Source: Tubiluchus corallicola (taxonomy: Eukaryota > Animalia > Priapulida). From it: a stretch of DNA of 64,000 nucleotides. Of the stretch, positions 52,961 to 64,000 are shown one piece after another. How positions within the stretch are numbered: the stretch's first letter is position 1; each line of letters starts with the position of its first letter. Made by a program: the position numbers and the translations under genes. The notes beneath the pieces were generated by a model that made no database searches, had not been told where the DNA came from, and worked only from the letters and a program-made list of their open reading frames with translations. The stretch lies in assembly GCA_030141605.1 (NCBI GenBank), contig JAQGDQ010000080.1, positions 620,001-684,000 of the forward strand, in the 5' to 3' direction.

Positions 52961-55900
52961 ATGCAAACAACAATGGTTGAACAAGAACAAACCCTTACTG
53001 GCACTAATGAAGATGCGGAGCCCTTGTTGGGGAAGCCTGACGATGCACTAAAAGGTACAACCAATGGAAAATCTAAGTAAGCTTAAAGCCAGTGGTACTA
53101 TTTCATGTTTCCACAATTCATTTTACATGTCAGAGTTAACATCTCTTCATAGAAAGAGATTAAATTAAAATTCAAAAAAGAGGAATACTTGAATCACAGT
53201 TTTCATTTTTGACTTAGACTGTCAGGCTCGGGTTCTTTTTTCTTGCAGGGCAGGGAATCAAGGAAAAGTTTTGGAGCCACTTGAAAGTGAACTATGTAGC
53301 TGTTGTAGAATTAGTACAACAACATTTGCTGTATCCGTGTTCGTTATATGTAAAAGGTTTAAAACATACAAAATGTAATTTCCTCTTTTCGTTATAATCA
53401 TACAAAAACGTTATCTACCATAATTAGCACAGTCAAACGGCATTATAACGCCAGGTCTAGGGCAGCACTGAAAGTAGCGAAGTAGCGTTATAGCAAGTTT
53501 GCCAGTAAGGTGAAGTTCATTTTATCTAGATTGTAGAAGTGTAATTTAGTTTCTCAGTTAATCTTAATATACAGTAAATTCAATTTTTATGTTATTGCAC
53601 CTGTTACATTACAATTTTTTGTTGCGTTAACATCACAGACGCTGATATACTGCTAATAACTTGCAAAACGCAAGGCATTATTAGAGCAACCGCTTGTAAA
53701 ATGCTGGCAGTTAACCAACTGTTGATAACAGAAATATGCAGCCACCACTTCCGACATGCATATCTCTACTGTACAGTTATGAATTCACCCAACTGAAAGT
53801 AACTTAACCCTGAGTAAAGCAGTGAAAGCAGCTTGCATACTAAGGTGCAAATTTACATCAGTTTAAAGCTGTAAATTTTCTGAATATTAGGGGCTATAAC
53901 AATTAAATTATTTTTTGGATCGCTGTTTGTTTTTTTTTCTGTATTGGAGAGAAATAGCTGAGTGATCACAGTATGTGCTTGCTTGAGTTGCGATGAAATT
54001 AAACAACAGCCTAAATAGTTAGTAAGTACTTTATTAACTACTACCTTGAAAATTTTTGTATAGTTGGTATAATTTTGGCATCTATTAACGTATGTAAATG
54101 TCTATGCTAGTTCAGTGTCTCACCTTAGAGTGAGATTAGAGATTATCTGACCATACTCTATCATTTTAAAATAGCAAAATGTACAAATGCCTGGAACTTT
54201 ATATCAATAAATTCACTTTTAATAATATTTTATATCTATTATAGCATTAATCGATTTTAACTCTAATTTACACTATAATACAGCAGCTACAAAATTCGTG
54301 TTGCCGTCCATGCTCCTAATAAACTTAAAATTTCTACAAATTATGAAATTCGGGGATCAGGGCAAAAGTTGGTGTCATGGGGAGGCTGTCATTTGTACAA
54401 GGGGTTTGACGAGGTTTGACTGAATTATTATTATTGTTATTATTATTATTATTATTACAATTTTATTCACCTAATAGTTTATATGTTGCTATATCATGAT
54501 ATCAACATTGCTGGAAAAGATCCATGTTACTAATTTCGCAGGCTGGCTCAACATTATGATTAAAACAATTAGAAATCTTAATTACTGTAAACGGACAAGG
54601 CGAAACCTGTAAGCTTTCTACCAAAGTTTTTTTAAATCCTCACATTTCTGTTCATCATATTCACCTGTTGTTTTTCACTTAAAGTTGTCTTCCTGGTTGA
54701 AGTGCTGTGGTAGGGTGTGGAAGGTGTGTATCAACTATTATGAATGTAGTGTTTAAGTTAAAAGATTCTGCTTAAGATTGTAGTTGACAAAGAGTTGAAT
54801 TTGTAAAAGACATTTAGTATCCACTAGGACTGAAATGGATCGTGGAACTTCACAGGATGGTTTTCCCAGCACTTGATCAATTTCTTCTGCCAATGTGATG
54901 CTCCATTTTGAAGTAGTGATGGAATTTCAGTCATTTCTCACACTCTAAAAATAAATTTGCCCTTGTTTCTACATCTAAGTTTGTTAATCTTAGATCCCAC
55001 TCCATGTAGACTTCTTCAGAATTTTTTCTGTTATCAGTCCTTATATGGCTGTTATTGATGCAATATGGCATGATTTGGTCTCCTCTTTTTCTTCTGTAGG
55101 GTAGGGTGGTAGATCAATCTCTGCATCCTCTCTTTTTAAACTGATTGTACTGGTTTGGTAACTTCCTGCTGAACAAATTCAAGCTTATGTATTGCTTGAA
55201 ATTTTGAGGGATACCAAACTACATCACCATAGTCCAGAATCAGTCTTATAAATGTTTTGTACAAGATAGCCATCACAATGTCCACGTAGTTGAAAGAGCT
55301 CCTTATCATCCATAGTCATTTCGTAGCTCGTTTGGATATATCTTCAATTTGTTCATCAAATGTGAGGAAGTAGTCGATTACAATTCATAATTTGTGTTTT
55401 GTCACTGCTCTTAATGGAACTGACTGATTCATATTGTAGCACGTTATGTTCGTATTAATGTAGGACCTTACTTTTTCCACATTGAAAGACATTTGCCTAG
55501 TGCGTGATCTTGTATAAATTATGTCATTTTGCAGTCTACCATAGTATGACTCCAGTATCTTGTATATTTTTGTGTCGTCTGCAAACATTTTTACTGATGA
55601 GTTTAAATTATCTGGTATAGGCCCTAATGCACCTCCCTATGACACTCTGCTCTTGACGGGCCACCATGAAGATTTCTTCTAGTTGATTCCAACATATTGT
55701 CAGCAGTCTTTAAGTTGCCAGTGATCCCATGTGTAGCAAAATTTAACATAAGTTTTCTATGTGGAACTATATCATTGAAGGCTTTCTGCAGATCAAAAAA
55801 TAGAACAGCAACAGAAGAACCATCATTCGGTGCTTCTTGCTGGTCATTTTATGACTCCACTAGATTTAAGATGCAAAAATTTCCTTTTACAAATCTGTAT

Positions 55901-58900
55901 CGTGAGACAGTAATCAACTCGTCAGCAACAGAATAGTCCATAATAGTATTTCTAATTACTTTCTCAAGAAGTATTTATATATAATAGATGTCAAGGTTAT
56001 TGGTCTGTAATTAGTTTTTTAACTCTTAAGTCCCCCTTCCTAAAAAATTGAAGACAGTTGAATTTTTCCATGCTACCCCAGTAATTATTTTAAAAAAAAT
56101 ACATACTAATGATGCTGTTACACTTGACATTAGTTTTTATTGCAAAGGAATTAATGTAATCAGGTCCCATGGAGGAATCAGCTTCAAGTTCTTTTATCGC
56201 TTAGGATACATTCTCTTCAGATATTTCTCAAGAAGTATTTATATATGTATCATGTATATATTTATATATGTATCATTTCTTAATCATAGTTTTATCAGTT
56301 TTCATTAGATAATGAAATGTAATTAAAAATAATTCATAATTGCCCTTTCAACACATATTGAAAGTCCTTTTTCATTTACTTGGTACTGACAGATACAAAT
56401 TTCTAAACACAGCGTTCTTGTTCTTTGCATTAACAAAACCATCTGCAAATACTACTACGGTTAAATAGAAAGTGTTGCAAAATATTGTTCTTCCAGCCAT
56501 TACAATACCGAATTTTAACCTAGGGTATCAATTCGATAAGATTCAATGTTGTTAAAAAAACTTTGATAAACTATTTTTTGTTTATGTTCAGAGATTAATT
56601 TATCCAGCATCACTTTGCAAAATGAGGTGCATTTTAAACCCTGCTAATGTGATACACTTACTATGTGCATAAAATTAGTATCATTTTTGAATTTAATATT
56701 ATTTCCTTGAAAAAAATCATTATATTTCCCTGAAATACCGTTTTTTCTGCCGGTTTGTATCACAATTCAAGCATCTTTTTGACCGACATTGGAAGTGTTA
56801 TGCCATTTTGCTTATATAGTGTATTAGAGTGAAAAACCTGTCTGATTTTTTCTGGACATGTCAAGAAATTAGGCTTGATGTCAAAGAGTCAAATGTGTCT
56901 TGAAATCATCAGGAAAAATCAGTATATTTTAGTAACGTATGCAACATTTCGTTTAAGATTAACTTACTAAAACACGCTGAAATTTGGTTGTTTTAACACT
57001 GAGCGTCAATAATGAACATAATTAACCCCTTGGCCATTCTGATTTCCATCTCTTGTTTGTAAAATTTTATTCAAAAATTCCAATTGAATTTAGTGAAATT
57101 GGTGAAACAGAACCTTATAAGCTTTAAACTGGCAACATCATTACAAGAATGACATAATAAAAGGTTTGCACTTATGCTTTGCAAACTTAAAGCAATCTAG
57201 CGAGAAATTAGTTTTAAAGTTGAAGTTCACAGTGATGATTAACGAAATAAATGATTAACCATTAATGTTTAATAATTCCAGGCAGCTTATGTATTAGTTA
57301 AATACAACCTGTATCTATGGCATGACTCATTGGTTTGAGGTTTCAACAGAGGAGGGCAGCAAGTTCAGGTCATCTCACAGTTATAATATGTTTAAACGTT
57401 GACTCGTTAAGATGTAGAGATGACGTTATACATGGTATTCTATCTCATACATGTGTACCAGCCCAGTAAGGTCACTTACTGGTATGAGTGGTACTGCACC
57501 CATTCTTTCCAAGAATCACTATAACTATTGACAGTTTAAGCAGATGAACTCCGTAAATTCTACAGCCAATATTGGCAATTCGATATATCCGGATGTATCG
57601 GAATTTTTGGGAAAATTCCAGAAATCGAGTTATCCAGTATCAAATATCATGTATCATATAACACTACTGTATAAAGTTTTTCTTTCTTTTGAAATAGCTT
57701 TAGACATCTGATTTGCAAATTAGCTAAATGAATAGCTTGAACAAGTGTTTTGTGGTTCAAATTTAGTTTGGGTGGATGGTTCAGCATAATCCTAAAGACA
57801 GTGACAAATAACTCATGAATCTTGTACCCATTACAAGACATATTGCTGATTTATAAAAAATTAGTTAACCCAATGTTTTCACTGTATTTTGCTCTCATTC
57901 TATTGTCATACCTGTGCCTTATTTTTTGCAGTCTATTCGAACAGAAGAAGCAAAGCACCTACATGTTCTATTATCCCTGCTCGCCATGCATTGGCTTTAA
58001 TGGCATTTCTAGGATTTTTTAATGTCTATGCACTTCGTGTTAACCTTAGTGTTGCACTTGTGGATATGGTTAATGGTTCTAATCATGCAAGCTCACCAAA
58101 TTTTACCGACGATTGCCCTGATCGTAGTGACAATAGTTCAACTGCTCACCATGTAAGTTACAAATTTAAACATTGAAGTTTGTATTAATCAACTGCCTGA
58201 AATTTTCAGCTGGGGGTTTCATTAACCCATGGCATTTGTAATTTTGTGACTGAGCATGCTAAAAGCAATAACTTATTATACCATATTTATTGTGTCTTGA
58301 AAAATCTTATTTGAATGTACACATGCAGAATAGTTGTTTTTGTACGATTCAGGAAGGAGAATTCAACTGGGATAGTAAAACACAGGGTGTTATTCTTGCT
58401 TCATTCTTCTATGGCTATATTTTCACTCAGATTCCAGGTGGCAGACTGGCAGAAAAATTCAGTCCTAAAAGGTTTGTGTTAAATAATAAGTAACTCTGTT
58501 TTGCAAAGGCACTTTCTTTACGGAAACATGTTAAAAGTTTTAACCATATGAATTAATTGGATTTAGAAAGTTAAACTTTGTTTGATTAAAATAATACTGT
58601 TTAGTGCTAAGTTTACTATAAAAGACCACACATATATATATATATATACTATACTATCTGAATGAAGTAAGTTTGTTGTGGGCCACCAGTACATTGTTTG
58701 GAAAACATGGGTGTGTGGATTGTGGAACAGGTGTTTGAATATTTTTCTTCAAGATGTTCTCTTACTGATATAAATGGTTATGATGATTCCTCTTTTCTAA
58801 AAAATTGTTTTATGCTACTTTAAAATTTTTGGTAAATTGACAGAAACAAATTTTAAAATCCATTTCCCTACCTTACTGGTTTCCTCCAAATTGTTGGCTG

Positions 58901-61900
58901 TATTTCAGATTAATTTTCAATCAAGCAATTTGTAACTTATGAGCTAAACAGTAAACCTCAACTTTAGGTTGTATGGATTTGGTGTACTCTGCACAGTCAT
59001 ATTTACTCTGCTCACACCACTTGCAGCTCGACTAAGCGTAAAAACATTTGTAGCTTGTAGAGTCCTAGAAGGCTTTGGGGAGGTATGTTACTGTAATAAT
59101 TAAGTAATAATATACAGTAAAGCAAGTCAACATGTTTAAAAATGCATAATGCCTTATATTTGACTGGAACACTAAAACCTATATTGCATGTAAGTTGGAA
59201 CAGTGTAAAAAACAGCTGTCACCACTTCCTAACTCAGTTGTTCTGGAAGTGAAATGAAATCATGGGTTCAGACATTAAACAGCTTCATTTTTCAGGGAGT
59301 GACATTTCCGTCTATGCACGCTCTATGGGCCAGCTGGGCACCTCCTTTAGAAAGAAGTAAACTAATTACTTTTTCATATTCTGGAGCAGCTTTTGGCACT
59401 ATTATTTCTCTACCAGTATCTGGCCTTTTGTGTGATTACTTAGGATGGCCTTCTGTTTTCTACGTTTTTGGTAAGCATAATTATTGTGTTTGCTTTTAAC
59501 TGATTGTTTTTTTGCTTTTAATTGAATTTATGACTTATTAAATTAATTCAACTAATTAATTGATTAATTGGTTTAATTTAATAAGAATTCTAACTTTAAT
59601 GTTATGAAACACATGTACTGAAATATTTTGTTTGGCAACTTTTTTTGCAGGTGGAATTGGTTTGTTATGGTTTATTTTATGGATGCTTCTAGTGCATGAT
59701 GCACCTCAGGAACACCCGCGAATTAGCAGTGAAGAATTGCATTTACTGACAACTACTATAGGACAAGTTGGTGATACTCGAAAGGTACAAATTTAATATT
59801 TCGTATGTGGTTGTATTGTTTTTCTGTTTGTATCTTCTATCCTTTTAAGATTTGAAAACAAAAGGCAGTGGTGTCCCTGTTGTCTGAAAAGGTAATATAT
59901 AAGCTACAACGAACGTATGGTCAAACAATGTGCAAAACTTGCAAAAAAAGATTGCTGTTATTGCTGAATGTAATTCACGTTGTGACTTCTGCCTTCTGTG
60001 CAGTTTTTTTCTGCTTGTTATCGATTTTTGTCTATTCCAGTGGCTCAGAAAAGGTATAAAGTGTAGAACAAATTAGTAACTTTCTGCCAGATCGAGTCAT
60101 CAGATGATGGTAGATGATGCCAATCCTTACATGTAATTAGATATAGGTGGTTCAACATTGTTGGTTGATAAATTATGTGCATGCTAGCTAAAAATTATAG
60201 CTATAGGCCTATCTATGCCTTTTATTTCTTCTACACTCGAATGTCTATTGCGTCAAATGACACAATATGAATGTTAGCCGTTGTGCTTACATATTTTACA
60301 AAAAAAATAGTACAGTACAGTAAAATAATAAACTCACTTTGGGATTGAAGTGTTTTGACCCAATTAACCAACTGAACCTATTAACTAATGGGTGAAGCAT
60401 TACTGGTATAAAAGTATGAGTCATCAGCTTAGTATGCACTGCAAAGGTTTTTAATGAATTTTAGAAACGAAGTAATCCTAAATTCCTTTGTGCAGTTAAA
60501 AATTAGAAAAAAATATTTTAAAATATTTATTTATATAAGTGAATTAGCATTAAATTAAAAAGTATACTTATCTAAATCACACACGCAAAAATTACAAAAG
60601 TTATTTCAAAGTCGGTTGCTTCATTTTATCGTGAAAAAGTTGGCTCACAAAGTTCTCATGATGATAAAAACATTGAAAATCTGTTGTTGTATGATGCACA
60701 AATTCCGTAAAATTTTTGCACCATAAAATGCTAAAACTGTTGGTGGTGCCCGTGTTTCCCGGCAAGTACAGCTTGGTCTAACGTTTCGCCTAAGCTCCGG
60801 CTTGCCATAATTGTGATGTATTCACTGTACTGTACCTGTGTCCCTGGCATAACAGCAACATCTAACTGACTAAACTTTCTGGCAAAGGCAGCCAGAGCAT
60901 CAAAAGCAAACCGCTAAGCAAGTGATTAAATGTTTGGCTTCCAGGAATTCTTGGATAATGAGGTTAATTGCAGATGGGCAGGTCAAAGTAAACCATTGGG
61001 CTAGCATATTAACGTATGATAAACGTTCCTGCTTACAAACAAAACGGTACTTAACATGATTGTTTCTATGTATATTATAGGACAAGAGCGAACTAAGATG
61101 ATATAAAAGTCATAAAAGTTTATTAGTCATACGAAAGTGTCTTATTGAAGCATGTGAAGCAAAAATATTGAGTCAATTATGCGGAGTTACTTGAGTCATT
61201 TACTGACAGTTTTTGTGTACATTTGAATAGAAGCAACCCGTACCAGGCATTTTTGAGTCAATTAAGCGATTGAGTCTATTAACCATGAGTCTATTAAGTG
61301 GCACCTTCTGTACTAGTTGCTTGTGACAGCGGTGGCAGCACTGACAGAAGATGCTGGGGAGGGGGGGGCACAGTAGCTATGATGGCAATAGTGACAATCG
61401 TAGTGGTAGTGGATATGATATAGTAGCAGCTGTACTAGTAATAATTTCAACAGCAGTGACAGTAGCAACTTCTCATTTTCTTAACATATTTCTATGCGCC
61501 AGCTGGAATTGAATACAAATTGTACAGCAGTGAAGAGATTAAGGTAACATTAAAGACCATTGACTCTTTCTGGTGATGCCAAATAATGAGTTTGAACGTG
61601 ATCATATGACACTAATACCCAAAGTGATGAAACAGAAACTAGTATCATTAAACCTGTAAGTTTAAGTGAGTAGGTAAGACTAGTTAGATCTGCCTTGCCA
61701 TCCTTTATTTACTGTTTTAGACAGAGTAGCATAATTTCTTACTGATTTTCTTTTCAGAAGAAGCGTGTTCCATGGAGAAGTGTTTGCACATCATTGCCAG
61801 TACTGGCTATATGTGTCAGCCATGTTTGTCAAAACTGGGGCTTTTATACTCTTCTTACATGTTTGCCGACATATATGAAAGAAGTTCTCAAGTTTGATAT

Positions 61901-63722
61901 CTCAAAAGTATTGCAAAATTTTATGTTTTTTTAATTTATTGTATGGAAGCTTTTTTATTATAACATGTAACACTGTTGAACATCTTGCACACTTAAATTT
62001 GTATTGTTTATAATTCTCGTAGGATGGATTTTTATCTGCTTTGCCATATGTCTTTCAATGGTTTGTAACAATAATAGGAGGACAGACAGCTGATTTTTTT
62101 CGTCAGCGGCACATTATTAGCACAACAGTAGTGAGAAAGCTATGGAACACAACTGGTAGGCCTTTTGTATTTTTCTAGAACTACACAGCCTTTTTTGGCA
62201 TTATACCTGCAGTGTCAGAAATTACTTTGGTCATGTTGTTGTAATTCACCCTGTTAAACTTGATGCAACTTCAAATTTGAAATGATTTCAACTAGTGATG
62301 GGCCAACCTGGTTAGAGATCTGTGATTGGTAACCAAACAGTAGTATTTGGCTGTGATTGGCTCGGCATTAAATTATTGATTGGCTCGGTGAACTATTGAG
62401 CCGATCAGACCTTAAAAATTGTTGAATTTATAAAAAACGTAAAAATAAAATATCTAAAACTTACGGTAACAGTTTTGAAATGTTTAATGTATTGTTACTC
62501 CAGATTATTAGGCAAAATTATTTGCATGTAGCAACCATGTTTCGTTCAGTTGTCATCCCTATGAGAACCCACACTCAGAAGGCGCAATCCATACAGGTGC
62601 GGCAGATTAAGCACTTCAGTCTCACTGCTGAATTTTGATCATCAGGCTGTTTTCTTATGCTACTTATTTCATACCATAACGAGCATGAATAATTGAAGAA
62701 CTCATGCAAAACCATTGTAGTTATTTTATGACTCTTAGCTTTCTGTGTCCTAGCTGAGAAATTTATAAATTTGTGGACCTACTCTGCCTTTTTGGCCAGG
62801 AAGATGAAAATTGTTGCACCAAAGAAATCATTAATTTGTGTAGTTCAGTGAAGCTTCAAAGTTCCACTAAAACATTTGGGTTTTATTTACTTTATTGATA
62901 AAAATAATAAAGTCCTGAAAGAACTGATTACAGTTCTTCTGATTACATGAACACTGATTACAGGAGTTAAATGACGAAGTTTCTTTATTGGAGTCCGGTG
63001 GATAATATCTTTTGACATAAAATAACAAGATAGGACAATGCATTTTAAAGAACGTTTTTGTATCAGTAATGTCTACGTATTTTATCCGACTTGTAATCGG
63101 CTGGTGTCAATAAATTGCAAAGTTGATAGGCTCAGTACCCAAAAATATTGATCAACCCATCACTAATTTCAACATGATTCATCCAATTTAATCTAGCATG
63201 GTTATGGACATTTTGAGAAAGCAAAACTTGGTGGATAAATCGAGATCTCAGATTCAAGACCATTTTTCTGTAGTGCAAAATGCACTAGAGTTAATTTCAT
63301 AAAAAATATGACCTGTGTTAAGCGGGTCAAGGTCACCCACTCCAAACATGAATAATATTGCATACTAAAAATCACAGAAAGCTTGCAAGCGTGTGTGCGT
63401 ACGTGTAGTAAAAACATTCCATTTGTTCATTTTCAGAAACAAACATGCCTGAACAAGTTTGGTTGTATTGACTCAGATGCACATTTTATGACACCTGCCT
63501 TGTTGTAAATTAAAAATAGCTTTTCAATTAATGATTTTTATGCATGTTAATATTATTATCTTCAAGGATTGACACTGCCGGCTGTGTTTTTGGTTGTGAT
63601 TAGCTATGTTGGTTGTAATAGCACAGCAGCTGTTGCTTGCCTTACCGCAGCTGTAGGACTTAATGGTTTTGTCGGCTCAGGATATAATGTCAATCACTTA
63701 GATATTGGTCCAGCATTTGCGG
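52961..63722 (+). CDS. SLC17A5: Sialin-like SLC17 (MFS anion:cation symporter family) transporter, 3'-partial; exons 52961(or 52973)-53054, 57932-58152, 58353-58471, 58968-59082, 59296-59470, 59651-59784, 61758-61907, 62023-62155, 63567-63722, continuing past the window
   Basis: In-frame GT-AG exons encode an N-terminal EDAEPLL dileucine, [133 protein letters not shown] and [12 protein letters not shown]. The LEGxGEG motif and dileucine fit sialin better than VGLUT (LQG). Orthology within the expanded invertebrate SLC17 family is not proven. Confidence 0.9.
54840..56246 (-). mobile_element. CR1-clade LINE, 5'-truncated and decayed, in SLC17 intron 1
   Basis: Minus-strand [43 protein letters not shown], and [19 protein letters not shown]. 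Boundaries are approximate. Confidence 0.92.
60317..61310. mobile_element. Possible decayed Tc1/mariner-type non-autonomous element
   Basis: TA|CAGTA... start and ...CTTCTG|TA end. Similar internal motifs (GACCCAATTAACC..CTATTAAC and GAGTCAATTAAGC..CTATTAAC) lie near both ends. Confidence 0.35.
62293..63165. mobile_element. hAT-type non-autonomous element, 873 bp, perfect 8-bp TSD
   Basis: ATTTCAAC|TAGTGATGGG ... CCCATCACTA|ATTTCAAC. Confidence 0.9.
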
Positions 63723-64000
63723 GTAAATATTGAAGTTAGTAAATGTTTATTTTCTACTTTGTGATTTACAGCCTGCTTTCTTTGGTTATATGGTGTGTGC
63801 TGCAAATTTGATAAATTAAAATTTCTTAACGGTTTTTACAGCATTTGCTCTTCCATACTTTAACTGCGTATTTAGACGATGACATTGCCAACAAACTTAT
63901 TAGCAATGTTTCTAATTAAAAACATAAGCTTGTCAGTACCAGTCTCAGTTCAAATTATTATAAGTAAGTGATAGTGTTTTATTGTTTCTAGAGCAACTTT

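Overview
AT-rich, intron-containing genomic DNA from an invertebrate metazoan, probably a protostome judging from the nAChR type. I assembled four spliced protein-coding genes by hand, with consistent exon phases. (1) The 3' part of a nicotinic acetylcholine receptor alpha subunit (+, 1985-7664; first exons lie upstream of the window). (2) A complete nicotinate phosphoribosyltransferase NAPRT (+, 12830-25902, 12 coding exons, 557 aa). (3) A complete TAF5-like WD40 protein TAF5L (-, 49708-31796, 14 coding exons, 586 aa, one GC-AG intron). (4) The 5' part of a sialin-like SLC17 transporter (+, from 52961, running off the window end). NAPRT and TAF5L are tail-to-tail; TAF5L and SLC17 are head-to-head. 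Introns and intergenic DNA hold decayed LINEs, tRNA-derived SINEs, hAT and Tc1/mariner-type MITEs, microsatellites and a GC-rich ~68-bp minisatellite. I see no clear-cut new multi-gene system. The most interesting leads are the atypical nAChR pore (Val at 9'), a ~175-bp intronic inverted repeat in the nAChR pre-mRNA, candidate alternative first exons of the SLC17 gene with or without a lysosomal dileucine signal, interlocked convergent poly(A) signals, and a cryptic spliced micro-ORF downstream of NAPRT. All were read by eye and none is verified by expression data.
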